Of a stretch of DNA of 64,000 bases, positions 18,065 to 28,803 are shown piece by piece. Position 1 is the stretch's first letter; every line of letters begins with the position of its first letter. The notes beneath the pieces were generated by a model that saw only the letters and a list, made by a program, of their open reading frames with translations, searched no databases and was not told the DNA's origin. The translations under genes were made by a program, and so were the position numbers. The DNA comes from a virus: positions 32,001 through 96,000 of IMG/VR virus record IMGVR_UViG_3300044911_002386; one strand, written 5' to 3'.

Positions 18065-19876
18065 TTACGTAATGGTGAATTTATTGAAGTAGGTGTACGC
18101 TCGGCTTGTAAATAAGCCCGCCGCCCCGGTAAATGCACCGTAATTTGCGGCGCTAATATTCACAACAATGTTCGCGGTTGCCGGACTGTTCAGCGTCATC
18201 TCCTCGACAATAGCGTTGATAATGACGTTATTACCGTTGATGTTGGGCGTGGCGGATAACCGGTACCACGTATTTGTTTTTATGCGGACATTTACGGTGC
18301 TTTCTACCGTAACTGAATTATTAGTGTACCGCAGTACGCGCAACTGGCTTTTAGATGCATCTATGACGATGGCAATGTATGTCGTATAGACGAGTTGCAG
18401 AGCGCTTAAATCACGACGAAAGTTTAAGATTAATCCGCCGTTACGCTCTATGCCCGCTGAACTTATTCGTAGTTCAGTTGTGACCGTCTGCCCGATGTTC
18501 CAGTTAGTCGCACAATTTTTTAGCGTGGCTATATTTACATTGCCGCTGTCAGTCGCGGCATAGGTATTGTGCGCAGACAGTGTGTAGTTGTCTGATAAAA
18601 AGTTAGCGGGGTTTGGGGGAAGCGGGTTGCCGCTTGCGTCGCAGTAGGCACACGGCGGAGGTGCCGCAATACTGGCAGCAAAAAATGTACCGGACTGCGT
18701 GTTAAAAGCAGGTGCGGCGCCGTTACACGTGTTGAAGTCGACGCAAAATGGTACGGTAAGGCATGGATAGTTCGCGATGGGCGGAAGTTCCTCTGCGATA
18801 ATGTCTGGTATTTTATCGGTGGGATCGGGCCACCCGCAGTACTCTTCCGACTCGGCGGCTGTCCATGTGATCAAATCTGCATTAAGCGTAAATCGATTGT
18901 TTGTGTCTTTAGTTTTTACAAGCATTCCGGCGGTGCGATTGGAAGACGGTATTGTGTAAATGTCGGCTTCCCGCTCCACCTCAAGATCTGGACTGCAGCA
19001 ATTGTCTTTGAAGTTGCGCGGCGGATTAACTGTGCCGCACACTGACGGCAAGTCAACGTCGGTAAGCACGTCGACGCCGCCGCACGCGTCAAATAATTTC
19101 CCAGTAAGCCCGCCAAAGTCGATGGCTATATTGCCGTTGCAATCAGGCAATATGCCGTTAATACTTTCAATGGGTGTTTTGTCGCAGGTGCCGCTTTCTG
19201 GTCGCTGCCCGCACGGCCCAAGAAACTGTTTTAACGGATTGTATTCTGTCGTGATCTGAGTAGTGTCGAGTTCTATGACAATTCCGCTTGCCGCGTTTTT
19301 AACAACTGTTTTTGTGCCAGACGTCATGTCGACGATTCGACCGACGTTGGCAACGCGGCTAACTTTTATGGGCACGTCGCCTACAATGTTAATAACGCCC
19401 TCAAGCCCTGCACTGACACCATCCTTCCGCAAAGATGTGACGCCGATTGGTCGATAACCGCGGCCATTCCTCGGTGCGACCAGTGTTTGGCGCGGGCTGC
19501 CGTAACGCCCCGTAAAATTTGTCAAAATACCAGGACCAAAAACGACCCAGCCGCTTACACCTGGCAACATAGCCGTGACAGGGTAATTAACATACGGCAC
19601 TACGGGCTTCGGTAGCGACAGCACGGCGACCGTTGGGCCAGTTGCCGCGGCTAGTTCGCTCACCGCTCCGAAGAGCACTGTTACAATGCCAGTCGAAACA
19701 GTAATGCCTTGCACATATAAATAACGCCCGACTGCGGCTGGAAACTTTATATGGCAGTCGACGAGAATGTCGTCTCGAATAAGTTGCCCGTCGTCAGAGA
19801 TACCCGTGCTATTTTCATCTAGCGGATATCGCCGAGTCGACTGCAGGTTATACCAATTGTGATTTCTAACGCTCAT
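18065..19876 (-). CDS. putative receptor-binding structural protein with a C-terminal beta-sandwich (lectin/LamG-like) domain
   Basis: STRRYPLD; IESINGILPDCNGNI; beta-rich C-terminus with NTWYRLSA and GAAGLFT. Confidence 0.55.
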   Translation of the reverse strand: MSVRNHNWYNLQSTRRYPLDENSTGISDDGQLIRDDILVDCHIKFPAAVGRYLYVQGITVSTGIVTVLFGAVSELAAATGPTVAVLSLPKPVVPYVNYPVTAMLPGVSGWVVFGPGILTNFTGRYGSPRQTLVAPRNGRGYRPIGVTSLRKDGVSAGLEGVINIVGDVPIKVSRVANVGRIVDMTSGTKTVVKNAASGIVIELDTTQITTEYNPLKQFLGPCGQRPESGTCDKTPIESINGILPDCNGNIAIDFGGLTGKLFDACGGVDVLTDVDLPSVCGTVNPPRNFKDNCCSPDLEVEREADIYTIPSSNRTAGMLVKTKDTNNRFTLNADLITWTAAESEEYCGWPDPTDKIPDIIAEELPPIANYPCLTVPFCVDFNTCNGAAPAFNTQSGTFFAASIAAPPPCAYCDASGNPLPPNPANFLSDNYTLSAHNTYAATDSGNVNIATLKNCATNWNIGQTVTTELRISSAGIERNGGLILNFRRDLSALQLVYTTYIAIVIDASKSQLRVLRYTNNSVTVESTVNVRIKTNTWYRLSATPNINGNNVIINAIVEEMTLNSPATANIVVNISAANYGAFTGAAGLFTSRAYTYFNKFTIT

Positions 19877-19877
19877 G

Positions 19878-21437
19878 TTAACACGGCATATCTGTATCGC
19901 CGTTATCGTCGCAGTACAGTGCCTGTGTCGTTTCGGCTACTGCTACGATACGGTCAGCTTCTGGTGTTTCGGCAGCACAGCCTGTTTTTAGCGGTGCCCC
20001 GACCGGCGAATCTAGTGTACCCGTGAGTACGCCCTTTATGGCGAAATTCAATCTCGGTGAAAACTTGAGCCTAAATTTTAAATAAGCAGACGAGCCTGAA
20101 TTAATTGACGGCATTTTAAAAGTTGCTGCCGTAACATTGCCGTTTGCGGTCACAGTTATACCGACTGACTGGCCGTTGATCCCTGGTGCGAACAACGCCG
20201 TGTAACCGCAAACAAGTTCGGCTGATACCGTGCCCGGCTGATTCACTGGGGTTAAAGTTAACTGTAACGTGCTTCCGCTAAGGCAGCTATCGCATGGGTT
20301 GCAAATCATGGCAACCACGTCCATAAACGGACAACCTTGCGGAACCAAAATAAGTTTTAATGGGTTACCCAGCGAACAATCACGCTTGTCGAGCCATCGG
20401 TCAATGTTAGATTCGTGAATGCCCTTTATGTTTTCTACACGAGTGCCGACAAGTTGATAGCGGCTACCAACGCTATTCATGTACAGTGCGGCTGCCACAT
20501 AATCGTCGCACTCGCAGCACGGCGGACAGTCGGCGCCCATTTGCTGTTTATGCACTGGATCTGGATAAAGACTGTTCGCTGTAGGCCGCACAGTCGGTCT
20601 GCGGAGATACAAACAATCGCCAGCCGACAGCAGGAAGTCGCCGGATGCGTTGGGCGCCGCGCCGTTAATTGTCCTGATTGGTTGCGGCGGGCGCGGGCCG
20701 ATGCCCTGATCAAAACCGTCACCGCAAACCGGGTAATAGCCAGCGCCGGAACCTGCGACAGCAGACAATCTAACTTCTGTATTTTTTAGGTAATTTGAAA
20801 CGCTGCTCGTCGCAGTTATTTCTGTGTTGTAGCCGTTTTTAAAAACTACGTTACCGGTGTACGGGCCTAGCACGGTTGTGCCGCTGCGTTGCTTTACGCG
20901 CAGGGAAAGCAATCTTTTTGGCAGCTTATACACAACTCGGGCGTCAAGCGTGCCGTTTGCCGGCGCGATATACCGGTCATAATGCCTAGGGGCTGGTTCA
21001 CCAGTCTTCCAGTTTGTGTGAGCGACGAGATGACACGTGCCAGCGGCAGTTGTCCATTTATAGATCGTGTAGTCTGTGTTCCACGGTGTTGCGGTGTAAG
21101 TTACCGTCGCCGCACCAGTGGTGTCGAATACCACGTTGTTATTTATGTCAACAATGACAATGTCAGCCTCGTTGCCGCGCGGGGCGGGCGCCCCAGCAGG
21201 CAAGGCATTCGGATTGCAACCGACGTTGTATAAATACTTCACACGATATGGCGGCTGCCGCTCGGCTGTGCCTGGCACGGCCACTGCCGGGTCGTCAAAC
21301 GCTACATGCAGGTCAGCAACAAGAAAACGGATATCCTCCGACGGCGCCACGAATGGGTAGTCAAGACCGCTCTGCGGCTGGCAGATCCCGATACCTTCAC
21401 GGCCATGCGGTGTAAATGTGAAACCGGGGCAACTCAT
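19878..21437 (-). CDS. putative baseplate/fibre structural protein (YP(F/L) paralog family), Cys-rich
   Basis: GLDYPFV; IRTINGAAPNASGDF; DCPPCCECDD. Confidence 0.6.
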   Translation of the reverse strand: MSCPGFTFTPHGREGIGICQPQSGLDYPFVAPSEDIRFLVADLHVAFDDPAVAVPGTAERQPPYRVKYLYNVGCNPNALPAGAPAPRGNEADIVIVDINNNVVFDTTGAATVTYTATPWNTDYTIYKWTTAAGTCHLVAHTNWKTGEPAPRHYDRYIAPANGTLDARVVYKLPKRLLSLRVKQRSGTTVLGPYTGNVVFKNGYNTEITATSSVSNYLKNTEVRLSAVAGSGAGYYPVCGDGFDQGIGPRPPQPIRTINGAAPNASGDFLLSAGDCLYLRRPTVRPTANSLYPDPVHKQQMGADCPPCCECDDYVAAALYMNSVGSRYQLVGTRVENIKGIHESNIDRWLDKRDCSLGNPLKLILVPQGCPFMDVVAMICNPCDSCLSGSTLQLTLTPVNQPGTVSAELVCGYTALFAPGINGQSVGITVTANGNVTAATFKMPSINSGSSAYLKFRLKFSPRLNFAIKGVLTGTLDSPVGAPLKTGCAAETPEADRIVAVAETTQALYCDDNGDTDMPC

Positions 21438-21440
21438 GGG

Positions 21441-22385
21441 TTACTCCGGTGTGCAGGCTGCGTAATCGGAAAAGCGGCTACCCAGTACGACCAGGCTCAT
21501 TTGCGTGACCTCAGAGCCCAGGCGCGTTACAAAGTTTTGGAGCGTGGTCACGCCATCGCCAAAGCGGTCAATCTGCGTGTTGATTGCGTCTAACTCATTG
21601 CAACCACAGCACGGCGACGCGCACGTGTCAGTAAATGATAAGCCGTTTGTGATCTGTGAAATTTCTACGCATGCGTCTTGTGCAAACGTGAACGTCCCGT
21701 CGTCCGAGCAGACACCGTTAATGCAACGAATACATTCTCCGCTTGGCGGTACGTTGCAAAGACAGTCTTGATTTAGATTTGCACCAGAGATGGCATTGAA
21801 CACGATCTCTGTTTGATTGCCGCTCGTCTGCACGTCTATACGTACATTGGTGCCGGCTACTAACGTGACATGGCCGTAAATCGGGTCACTGTATTCATTG
21901 TTGTTTAAAATTTGCAGACGCTGCACGGCACGCAGCATCGGGCGTATGGCGTCGGGCTCTACGGCGCCGCCTGCTGGTGTAAAGGTATAAAATCCGGGGG
22001 CCAAGCGGTCGATATCGTCAAGCACGCCGAGCACAATAGTTCCAATAGAATCATCAAACTCGTCTATGCCGCCAAGGGCGTACGAACGGTTTGGCACGTG
22101 TGTGCCACGCACGACGTTAGCACTGGCTACGTCAATATTGCTTATACCGTCGCTGTAGCCGAGCGTGATTGCAAAGCCAGTTGGTGCAATCATCAAACTC
22201 TTAATAAAAAAGTTTGTTGGCAGAAAATTGCCGCCGGCGTGCGTAGGAAAATAAAGACCTACAATAAAGTTATCTGGAATTATGACGGTGTTCGTAATGT
22301 CCGTCTTGGTAGCGGCCTCTGTCAGCGGATAAGATCGCTGCGAGTTGTGGTTAAGCCACTGTAGATTCCAGTTACCGATTGGCAT
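21441..22385 (-). CDS. putative baseplate/fibre structural protein (YP(F/L) paralog family)
   Basis: NSQRSYPL; IRCINGV; TCASPCCGC then a coiled coil. Confidence 0.6.
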   Translation of the reverse strand: MPIGNWNLQWLNHNSQRSYPLTEAATKTDITNTVIIPDNFIVGLYFPTHAGGNFLPTNFFIKSLMIAPTGFAITLGYSDGISNIDVASANVVRGTHVPNRSYALGGIDEFDDSIGTIVLGVLDDIDRLAPGFYTFTPAGGAVEPDAIRPMLRAVQRLQILNNNEYSDPIYGHVTLVAGTNVRIDVQTSGNQTEIVFNAISGANLNQDCLCNVPPSGECIRCINGVCSDDGTFTFAQDACVEISQITNGLSFTDTCASPCCGCNELDAINTQIDRFGDGVTTLQNFVTRLGSEVTQMSLVVLGSRFSDYAACTPE

Positions 22386-22394
22386 GATAATTCG

Positions 22395-24299
22395 TTATGT
22401 AAGCGATAAGATTCCGGCTACACGTAAAACGCCAACCTCCGGATATGTGTCACCTGCTGTGCGGCCGATAGTGACAAGCACTGTGTCGCCAGCGGTTACG
22501 CTAAACGCCTCGCTATCACGAACAATGGCGGCGTTCGCACTGACTGCTAATGCTGTATCAATGTTAAGCGGCGTGTCAGTATTCAGCAGAGATATCGCCG
22601 TCGTCGGTGTAGTGCCGGGTTTCTGCAGTTTGCGGTACGACATATAAAGCGCTGGCATGGTCTGCGTGCCCTTGCCAAACAATTGCAGCCGCACACGCAT
22701 TAAAACACCCGTGCCGATGTTTGCGTCCGGTACATTAAATCGCAAACGCATAGACGACGCCTGCCCGGCAGGAAAGCCCAGATACGGAATGTCATTGTAA
22801 AGGCGTTCAACTGTGTCGTTCAGGCGGATAATTTGAGGCGTCAGTTCTTTATCTGCTAACACGTCAAAATTCAATTTCACGAGGCCGCGATGTAGTTGCA
22901 CAGTGGCCCCGGTAGGCAGGGCGAGTGCTGTTTTTTCAGCCGTCGTCAAGTTGCGCTGATTCGTACTTGATACTGACACTTGCGGTAAATTGTGGGCGAC
23001 AATTCCGCCGGCCACCCAGCCGCGCTGCAACCGCCGACCAGATGGCGTCTTACCGGTAACAATTAAACCTTGTTCTGCCGGCGTGTTAGCGTCATCGCGT
23101 GCGTCGTTATCCACGGCGTACTGAAGGCTAAGATTTAATTCAAGGTCGCCTGTGCCTGGGTTTGCCGCGGTTGCCGGCAGGCCTGTGGCGCACGTAATGA
23201 TTTGCACGGGGCTGTCTGTGCCAGGAATTAAACTAGTCACCAAACTGCGATCGTTGCCGACGAGCATTCGGATGAATACCACGACGACGCGCATGCTCTC
23301 GGCACGCGGACATTCTGTTTCCGTAATAACAGTGTCTTCTTCCGGTGTGCCGCTGTAGTTTTCAGGCCAGGGCACATCGCCGCGACAATCGCTCATCCAC
23401 CAGATGCCGTGCAGATCGCAAATAACGAGGCCGTCGGGACCTGTTGGGACCTCAGTAGCCCCGGCGTAACTCGTTGCCTTATCGACTAGCACGGCCACTG
23501 ATTGCACTGGCAGTGGCGGCCACACGCTGTTCAGTGCCGGGTGCCGAGACAAGTTGTAACCAAAAACAGCGCCAGCCGGAGCCTTACCGTTAAACACGGC
23601 ATCATCAAATGGAAGCCAGCCGGGCAGATCGCTGTCGGCGTTGCCGATTTCGTGGCGCTCATTGCTGTCACCATCTACGACGATTTGATTGTTACCGGCC
23701 GGGCGGGCAACTAATTCAAAACGATAATGTGTGTGCTCGTCAATTAACTCGCGCGTGTTCGGCATAACAACGACGCGCGGTGCTGGGTTACACGTGTCTG
23801 TAGCACCCTGCACATAGCACACGCTGACAGTAACGCCCGGTTTTTGTTTTACGAGTTTTCCGGGCTCAGCGGCCGACAAGTAATAGCGGCCCGGCGTGAG
23901 TGTGCCGACCACGCTATTAGCAATTTCCGGCAAAGTGACGATACCGTTTAACACAATATCGCCGAGCGTCTCGTTGATTTTGCGGCAACACAGCCCGACG
24001 CAATCAGACGATGGCAGTACGGTATACGTCTGGCTTTCTTCGTTTAACTCTACGGCGGCCAGTGCCTTCTCATATTGTTTTGTTGTGTAGTTCCAGTACA
24101 CGGCGTGGCCGGGCTGCACGTCGGGCGCAACGGTGGCACCCGTGTCGAAAATGGCTTTGCCAAGTTCGGCGGCGTCTAAGCGCTGCCGCAAATATTCAGT
24201 TCTGTCTTGCAGGGCCTGGTCAGGTCGACTTACGACGCCTGCCTGTACCGGCTCGCCCGGCGTCACATGTTTAATGTTGTACAGCCAATTTTCGGACAT
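22395..24299 (-). CDS. putative baseplate/tail-fibre attachment protein
   Basis: GEPVQAGVVSRPDQALQDRTEYLR N-terminus and LTPGRYYLS..PGKL motif typical of fibre-proximal proteins. Confidence 0.6.
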   Translation of the reverse strand: MSENWLYNIKHVTPGEPVQAGVVSRPDQALQDRTEYLRQRLDAAELGKAIFDTGATVAPDVQPGHAVYWNYTTKQYEKALAAVELNEESQTYTVLPSSDCVGLCCRKINETLGDIVLNGIVTLPEIANSVVGTLTPGRYYLSAAEPGKLVKQKPGVTVSVCYVQGATDTCNPAPRVVVMPNTRELIDEHTHYRFELVARPAGNNQIVVDGDSNERHEIGNADSDLPGWLPFDDAVFNGKAPAGAVFGYNLSRHPALNSVWPPLPVQSVAVLVDKATSYAGATEVPTGPDGLVICDLHGIWWMSDCRGDVPWPENYSGTPEEDTVITETECPRAESMRVVVVFIRMLVGNDRSLVTSLIPGTDSPVQIITCATGLPATAANPGTGDLELNLSLQYAVDNDARDDANTPAEQGLIVTGKTPSGRRLQRGWVAGGIVAHNLPQVSVSSTNQRNLTTAEKTALALPTGATVQLHRGLVKLNFDVLADKELTPQIIRLNDTVERLYNDIPYLGFPAGQASSMRLRFNVPDANIGTGVLMRVRLQLFGKGTQTMPALYMSYRKLQKPGTTPTTAISLLNTDTPLNIDTALAVSANAAIVRDSEAFSVTAGDTVLVTIGRTAGDTYPEVGVLRVAGILSLT

Positions 24300-24324
24300 C
24301 CTTGTCCTCCAGTCAGACGGGCGA

Positions 24325-24957
24325 TTATTCGAACGAGATGTCCCACGTGATGCCGATTTGCGACGACGCCTCTTTTGTTACTTGGTTGGCCGACGAAAAA
24401 ACTGTTCTGGCAAAAATTACGTCTTTGGTGCGGTCACTAAACACAGGTGCGGCTACCAGTGCCGCGGCAAACACTTTGCTGTTTACCGTGTCATTAAACG
24501 CACGTCCGTGTGCGCCCACGGCCCCAGACGTCTGCACGAAAAACGTTAGTTTGTTGCCTTGTTGATTAACATCCAGATATGACTCAAAACCGGTCGAGAC
24601 ACCGATGGCCGGTTCAACAATGATTGGTACACGTAAGAAGTCACGATTTGTAGAACTACCTAAAGAGTTATAGTAATTGACACTAAGTGTGCGGGGGAAA
24701 TTTGACGCCTCAGATACCGCAAGTTCAGGATCTGACTGATTCTCATATTCAATGTACATTGCGGAGATACTGTAGTCAGGCCTATCTGGCTGAGCACGAC
24801 GACCAAGCTGCTTGGCGGCAACAAACCCCCATGAATACTGAATCTGGTTTAGCTGCGAGCAGACAGGCAGTTTTAAACCAGTCGCCTCATCGACAGCCCA
24901 CAGCGTCACATGGCCACGCACGCCGAACTGCTCTGGGCTAATGTTGTCAGCAAGCAT
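24325..24957 (-). CDS. putative baseplate protein
   Basis: Position after the wedge genes; C-terminal IFART...K...IGITWDISF. Confidence 0.55.
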   Translation of the reverse strand: MLADNISPEQFGVRGHVTLWAVDEATGLKLPVCSQLNQIQYSWGFVAAKQLGRRAQPDRPDYSISAMYIEYENQSDPELAVSEASNFPRTLSVNYYNSLGSSTNRDFLRVPIIVEPAIGVSTGFESYLDVNQQGNKLTFFVQTSGAVGAHGRAFNDTVNSKVFAAALVAAPVFSDRTKDVIFARTVFSSANQVTKEASSQIGITWDISFE

Positions 24958-24966
24958 AAGTAATCC

Positions 24967-26679
24967 TTATTGGCACGTGCCGGATATCAGACGGACGGTT
25001 ACGCCGCGATCGTTAATTTGATTGCTGATTGTATCGCTTACGGGTGCCATACCTGTAAAAAAACTAGTACCCTCGGTCAACTGCCGATCGCCGCGAATCC
25101 TGTCTTCTGGTGCGTTTAATTCAAATACCAACAACATTGCGGTGCCAGGCGGCAGCAACTGACGCAGGTGTCTAATATTGTACAAACCCAGCCTATTTTG
25201 CCCTAGGGCGCTTATGTTGATTCTGACAACAAAAACATTGTTACGGAGCACGTTTTCAACAACAAATTTCAGGGGGTTTATAGTTTTCGGCAGATGTGTC
25301 GCATCGGGCTCGCTTAGCGGGTTTTTACGCCGGTCGAGCCACTGGGCAAGCGTGTGTCTTTTATATCCTGGCGGACACGGTGCCGCTGCCTGTGCCGCGA
25401 GAACACCCCGGTAGTGAATCTCGTCAAAAAACCGCTCTACGTCCGCCGGCAAACCGACGACTGGAAAACTAACATACGTGTAATCTGTTACATGATTTGT
25501 GTTGACATGTACCGGCACTTCTTTGTTCTCAAATACTAGGTCGCCGTAAAAGCAGGCAGACAAAAAGCCACGATCAAGACTCAAAGCCGCTAACGCCTTT
25601 CGGCCGTAGCAGCTCTGCAGATTTGGGTCTAGTAAAAGATCTTCGTCTGTTTCAGTGAGCAAGTCGTGGTAAGCATTGGTAGCCAGTAAAAGATTTGGTG
25701 CCGGGCAGCAGATCAGTTCATCGTCTGGCGGCGGACCATACGTGCTACCTACAAAAAACTCGTCAATCTCAAAGCCGCGCACCAACTGTGAGCCGGCCTT
25801 AAGTTTTTGGCCGACGATTACAACAGGTACTGCTGTTGCGGCAAAGCGGTATAGGTTTTTATCCGTGCTTATGAATACGCCGTGCGTATCACTGTCAACG
25901 ACTTCTACTGTCTCGTGGTTATCGAGCGTTACCGGAATTCCGCAGATAGCAGATAGTGCCAGATCCAAATCTGCGGCAGACGCACCGCCATTAATTAAGC
26001 CGTTGAAAACGGCATTCATTAAATCTTTGTAACCTTGACTGCTCTTTAGCCGGATACCCAGTGCGTACGCAAACTGCTCAAAAACGTAGTTATAATCAAA
26101 CTGCCCGCAGAAACCCCACAGTACAATTTCTTCATCCGGCTGTCCGCTGGTGACTGCAGCACGTTTCAAAATAGCCGGGTTATCGAACGGGTTTTCAGAG
26201 AAGACGATAGCACTAGATTTTGTATCAATGATGTAGTCGATGTGTTCGAGCAGGGCGACAGTCGGAAAAATAATCTTGTTGAAGATTTGCCCGACACCGA
26301 CTAAGTTTTTTGGCGCCGGGGCGTAAAACAACTCAGTCTGTGCCGATCCGTCAAAGACCGCAGTTGTCTGATTAAACTTATCTGCAGTACCATCAAAAAA
26401 ATTATTAACTAAGCGCTGGCCGTTGATGTCAGATTTTTTAATGACAATCGGCACCCAGTATTCGCTGTGGAACACTGGCACGTCAAAACGGCTAACCGCG
26501 GCGACAGCCTCTAGAATATTTCGATACGTCTGTGCTACGAGCGTCGCAGTCGCGTCCGCATAAGATGTCAGTTGATCTTTGGCGGAATAAATGCGGGACC
26601 AAAAACTACCCAGCATCGCCAGCATGTTTCTGCTGCGATCAATATCTGATCCCGGGTAAATAAAAGTGCGCTTGTACAT
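24967..26679 (-). CDS. baseplate wedge subunit
   Basis: Directly downstream of the baseplate-J-like gene; LRQLLPPGT motif. Confidence 0.6.
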   Translation of the reverse strand: MYKRTFIYPGSDIDRSRNMLAMLGSFWSRIYSAKDQLTSYADATATLVAQTYRNILEAVAAVSRFDVPVFHSEYWVPIVIKKSDINGQRLVNNFFDGTADKFNQTTAVFDGSAQTELFYAPAPKNLVGVGQIFNKIIFPTVALLEHIDYIIDTKSSAIVFSENPFDNPAILKRAAVTSGQPDEEIVLWGFCGQFDYNYVFEQFAYALGIRLKSSQGYKDLMNAVFNGLINGGASAADLDLALSAICGIPVTLDNHETVEVVDSDTHGVFISTDKNLYRFAATAVPVVIVGQKLKAGSQLVRGFEIDEFFVGSTYGPPPDDELICCPAPNLLLATNAYHDLLTETDEDLLLDPNLQSCYGRKALAALSLDRGFLSACFYGDLVFENKEVPVHVNTNHVTDYTYVSFPVVGLPADVERFFDEIHYRGVLAAQAAAPCPPGYKRHTLAQWLDRRKNPLSEPDATHLPKTINPLKFVVENVLRNNVFVVRINISALGQNRLGLYNIRHLRQLLPPGTAMLLVFELNAPEDRIRGDRQLTEGTSFFTGMAPVSDTISNQINDRGVTVRLISGTCQ

Positions 26680-28322
26680 TAGTAAGCAAAGCCCGCAACA
26701 ACAGTAGATACGGTGACGTCTTCGGGTCGCGTCATGAATGCGGTTGTGCGGCCTGTTATTAAATGCCCGGGGTCATTGGGGATCTGCAGGATCGCCGAAT
26801 CACGCACGTAGATGTTTTTACCGTCAGGCCGTCTAATCCGGCCAAACATGTCGATGGGGCCTAGACCCTGTTTGCCAGACAATAACTGCTGTGCAACAGA
26901 TGAAATGTGGGATGCGTGCAGTTGCCCGGAAAACCCAATTGTGCTGATTTTATTACTGACCGCCTGCTGAATGGCCGCGATATCTGGATCTAAGTCGTTC
27001 GCATCTTTGCGAATTTGAAACGAGATCTTTGTAAAGCACGGCAGTGCGGCACGCACAAGCACGTCAGTTGTACGTGAACGATTTTCGCGGGCACTGAACA
27101 TGTCTTGCACATCTGAGATCAGGGGCATGCACACGGCTTCTACGTCGTACTTTGCTTTGCTCTGATTAGCCACAAGATTAATAATCGATGTATCGGTGTC
27201 CTCAAACTGAATCATGACGGTCTGATACCGCGTGTATGCGCTTTCATGCATGTATTTGATTGACGGCACAAATGCTAATTCTGAAAAATTGACGCCGCGG
27301 TACTCGTTAACAATTTTGTAGCCTGTCGTTGTTAACGCGTTCGGCTTCGCTACGCGTGAAATCTCGTACAGCGCGGGAAACGTATCGCGATCTAGTATGA
27401 TCTGCCACCGACCACCTGTAACACCGGGACCGATGTACGTCGCCTCCAGCAGTTGTGTTTGTGTCTGCGGGTACGGGTAACTCTGCAAATAAATGTCAAC
27501 TTTGCCGCCGCCCGATATTGGAAACAAACCGTGCTGATCACGTTGCTGCTCAACGTCGCCAGCACCGATAATTGAAATGTGCTGGATATCTGCGAACGCT
27601 GCATTGGCCCTGATTGCGGCGACGTAACTCTGCCGCCCGCCGATTGTTTTCGCTGCTAGGGCCGGAGCAAGTTTTGAAATGTAATTTTCGTTTGTCGCTA
27701 CATCGCGCCCGTTTACGAAATCTACAGTGGCGTAAATTTTGCTAACGTTAACAGGTTGAAAATCTGGTACTAACTCTGTGCCCTTATTTATGTTGCCGCT
27801 GGTGCCAACTTCTTCAGCCTGCACCGTTATTGTCGCTACATATGTGCCGTCACCGACGGGCTGCATTACGCGCTCTGTGGCAAGCGACGCTGTGCTGCCC
27901 GGGGCTAAAATAATGAATGTGGCTGTTGGCCGGAATATGGCGACGCCGGCAGTCATGCGCGTCTCAACGGCAACAGTGGTCTGGGCAGCGAGAGGCAGGA
28001 CGAGCGTTATGGTTCCAGACGCTGCACGCCCCTGATCCCGCGAGAGCCCGTAGTTAGACAGCACCTGGTCGACAAGTTCCGGCTCGGCTAAGGCCGGGTT
28101 GGCCGATATGCTGAGTAAACTATTGCTTTGTCGGACGCGGTCTACGTTTTCCTGGATGGCCGCGTTAAGTACGCCATTAAAATACAGCACTAAGTCGTGA
28201 AATACACCCCGAGTTAATTCTACCTCCGGGTGGCGCTCCTGCATTAACTGGCTCAAAGTGTTAAACATGGCCTCGATTTTTTCGGGAGCCAGTTCTTTTA
28301 GACTTGTAATTTCAATAGCCAT
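26679..28322 (-). CDS. baseplate J-like (gp6) wedge protein
   Basis: GVFHDLVL...SRDQGRAASGTITL...VQAEEVGTSGNI...FVNGRD. Confidence 0.85.
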   Translation of the reverse strand: MAIEITSLKELAPEKIEAMFNTLSQLMQERHPEVELTRGVFHDLVLYFNGVLNAAIQENVDRVRQSNSLLSISANPALAEPELVDQVLSNYGLSRDQGRAASGTITLVLPLAAQTTVAVETRMTAGVAIFRPTATFIILAPGSTASLATERVMQPVGDGTYVATITVQAEEVGTSGNINKGTELVPDFQPVNVSKIYATVDFVNGRDVATNENYISKLAPALAAKTIGGRQSYVAAIRANAAFADIQHISIIGAGDVEQQRDQHGLFPISGGGKVDIYLQSYPYPQTQTQLLEATYIGPGVTGGRWQIILDRDTFPALYEISRVAKPNALTTTGYKIVNEYRGVNFSELAFVPSIKYMHESAYTRYQTVMIQFEDTDTSIINLVANQSKAKYDVEAVCMPLISDVQDMFSARENRSRTTDVLVRAALPCFTKISFQIRKDANDLDPDIAAIQQAVSNKISTIGFSGQLHASHISSVAQQLLSGKQGLGPIDMFGRIRRPDGKNIYVRDSAILQIPNDPGHLITGRTTAFMTRPEDVTVSTVVAGFAY

Positions 28323-28330
28323 GGCGGCAC

Positions 28331-28795
28331 CTACGGCAGGGTATTGATCGGCATAATTGCGGCCCGCGACGTGCCTGCAACGCTCTCAATCATAACATGT
28401 AACGATAAATATCCCGGATAAAATGTAACAGACGTGAGCGTCGCCGATTTAAACTTTTCGTCGTCGGGCATGTCGGCGTATTCTTCGTTTTTCAAATTGC
28501 GTGTAATGTCGATATCAGCCGATAAAAACGCCCATATTATTTCTTGCTCTGTACGAGCCGTCTGCGTTCGGACGGCTGCCATGAACTCGCAGCCGCGCTC
28601 GGGCAGGCCGGGCATTGACCCCACCTCTGTAAGAAACTCGAGTGCCCAGCGCTGCGCCAGTTTTTGTACGCCAACGCAAATCTGACCGGAACTATCTTCG
28701 CTGTACAACGCCAGCCCCAGTTGCCGCTCGCCTCGCGGGGCGACGTTTCTAAAACCTAGAAAGTCGTATTTTCGTCCTTCATATGCTGTTGCCAT
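28331..28795 (-). CDS. gp25-like baseplate/sheath initiator
   Basis: GVQKLAQRWALEFLTEVGS..PERGC motif, upstream of baseplate J. Confidence 0.75.
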   Translation of the reverse strand: MATAYEGRKYDFLGFRNVAPRGERQLGLALYSEDSSGQICVGVQKLAQRWALEFLTEVGSMPGLPERGCEFMAAVRTQTARTEQEIIWAFLSADIDITRNLKNEEYADMPDDEKFKSATLTSVTFYPGYLSLHVMIESVAGTSRAAIMPINTLP

Positions 28796-28803
28796 AGCTC
28801 ACC

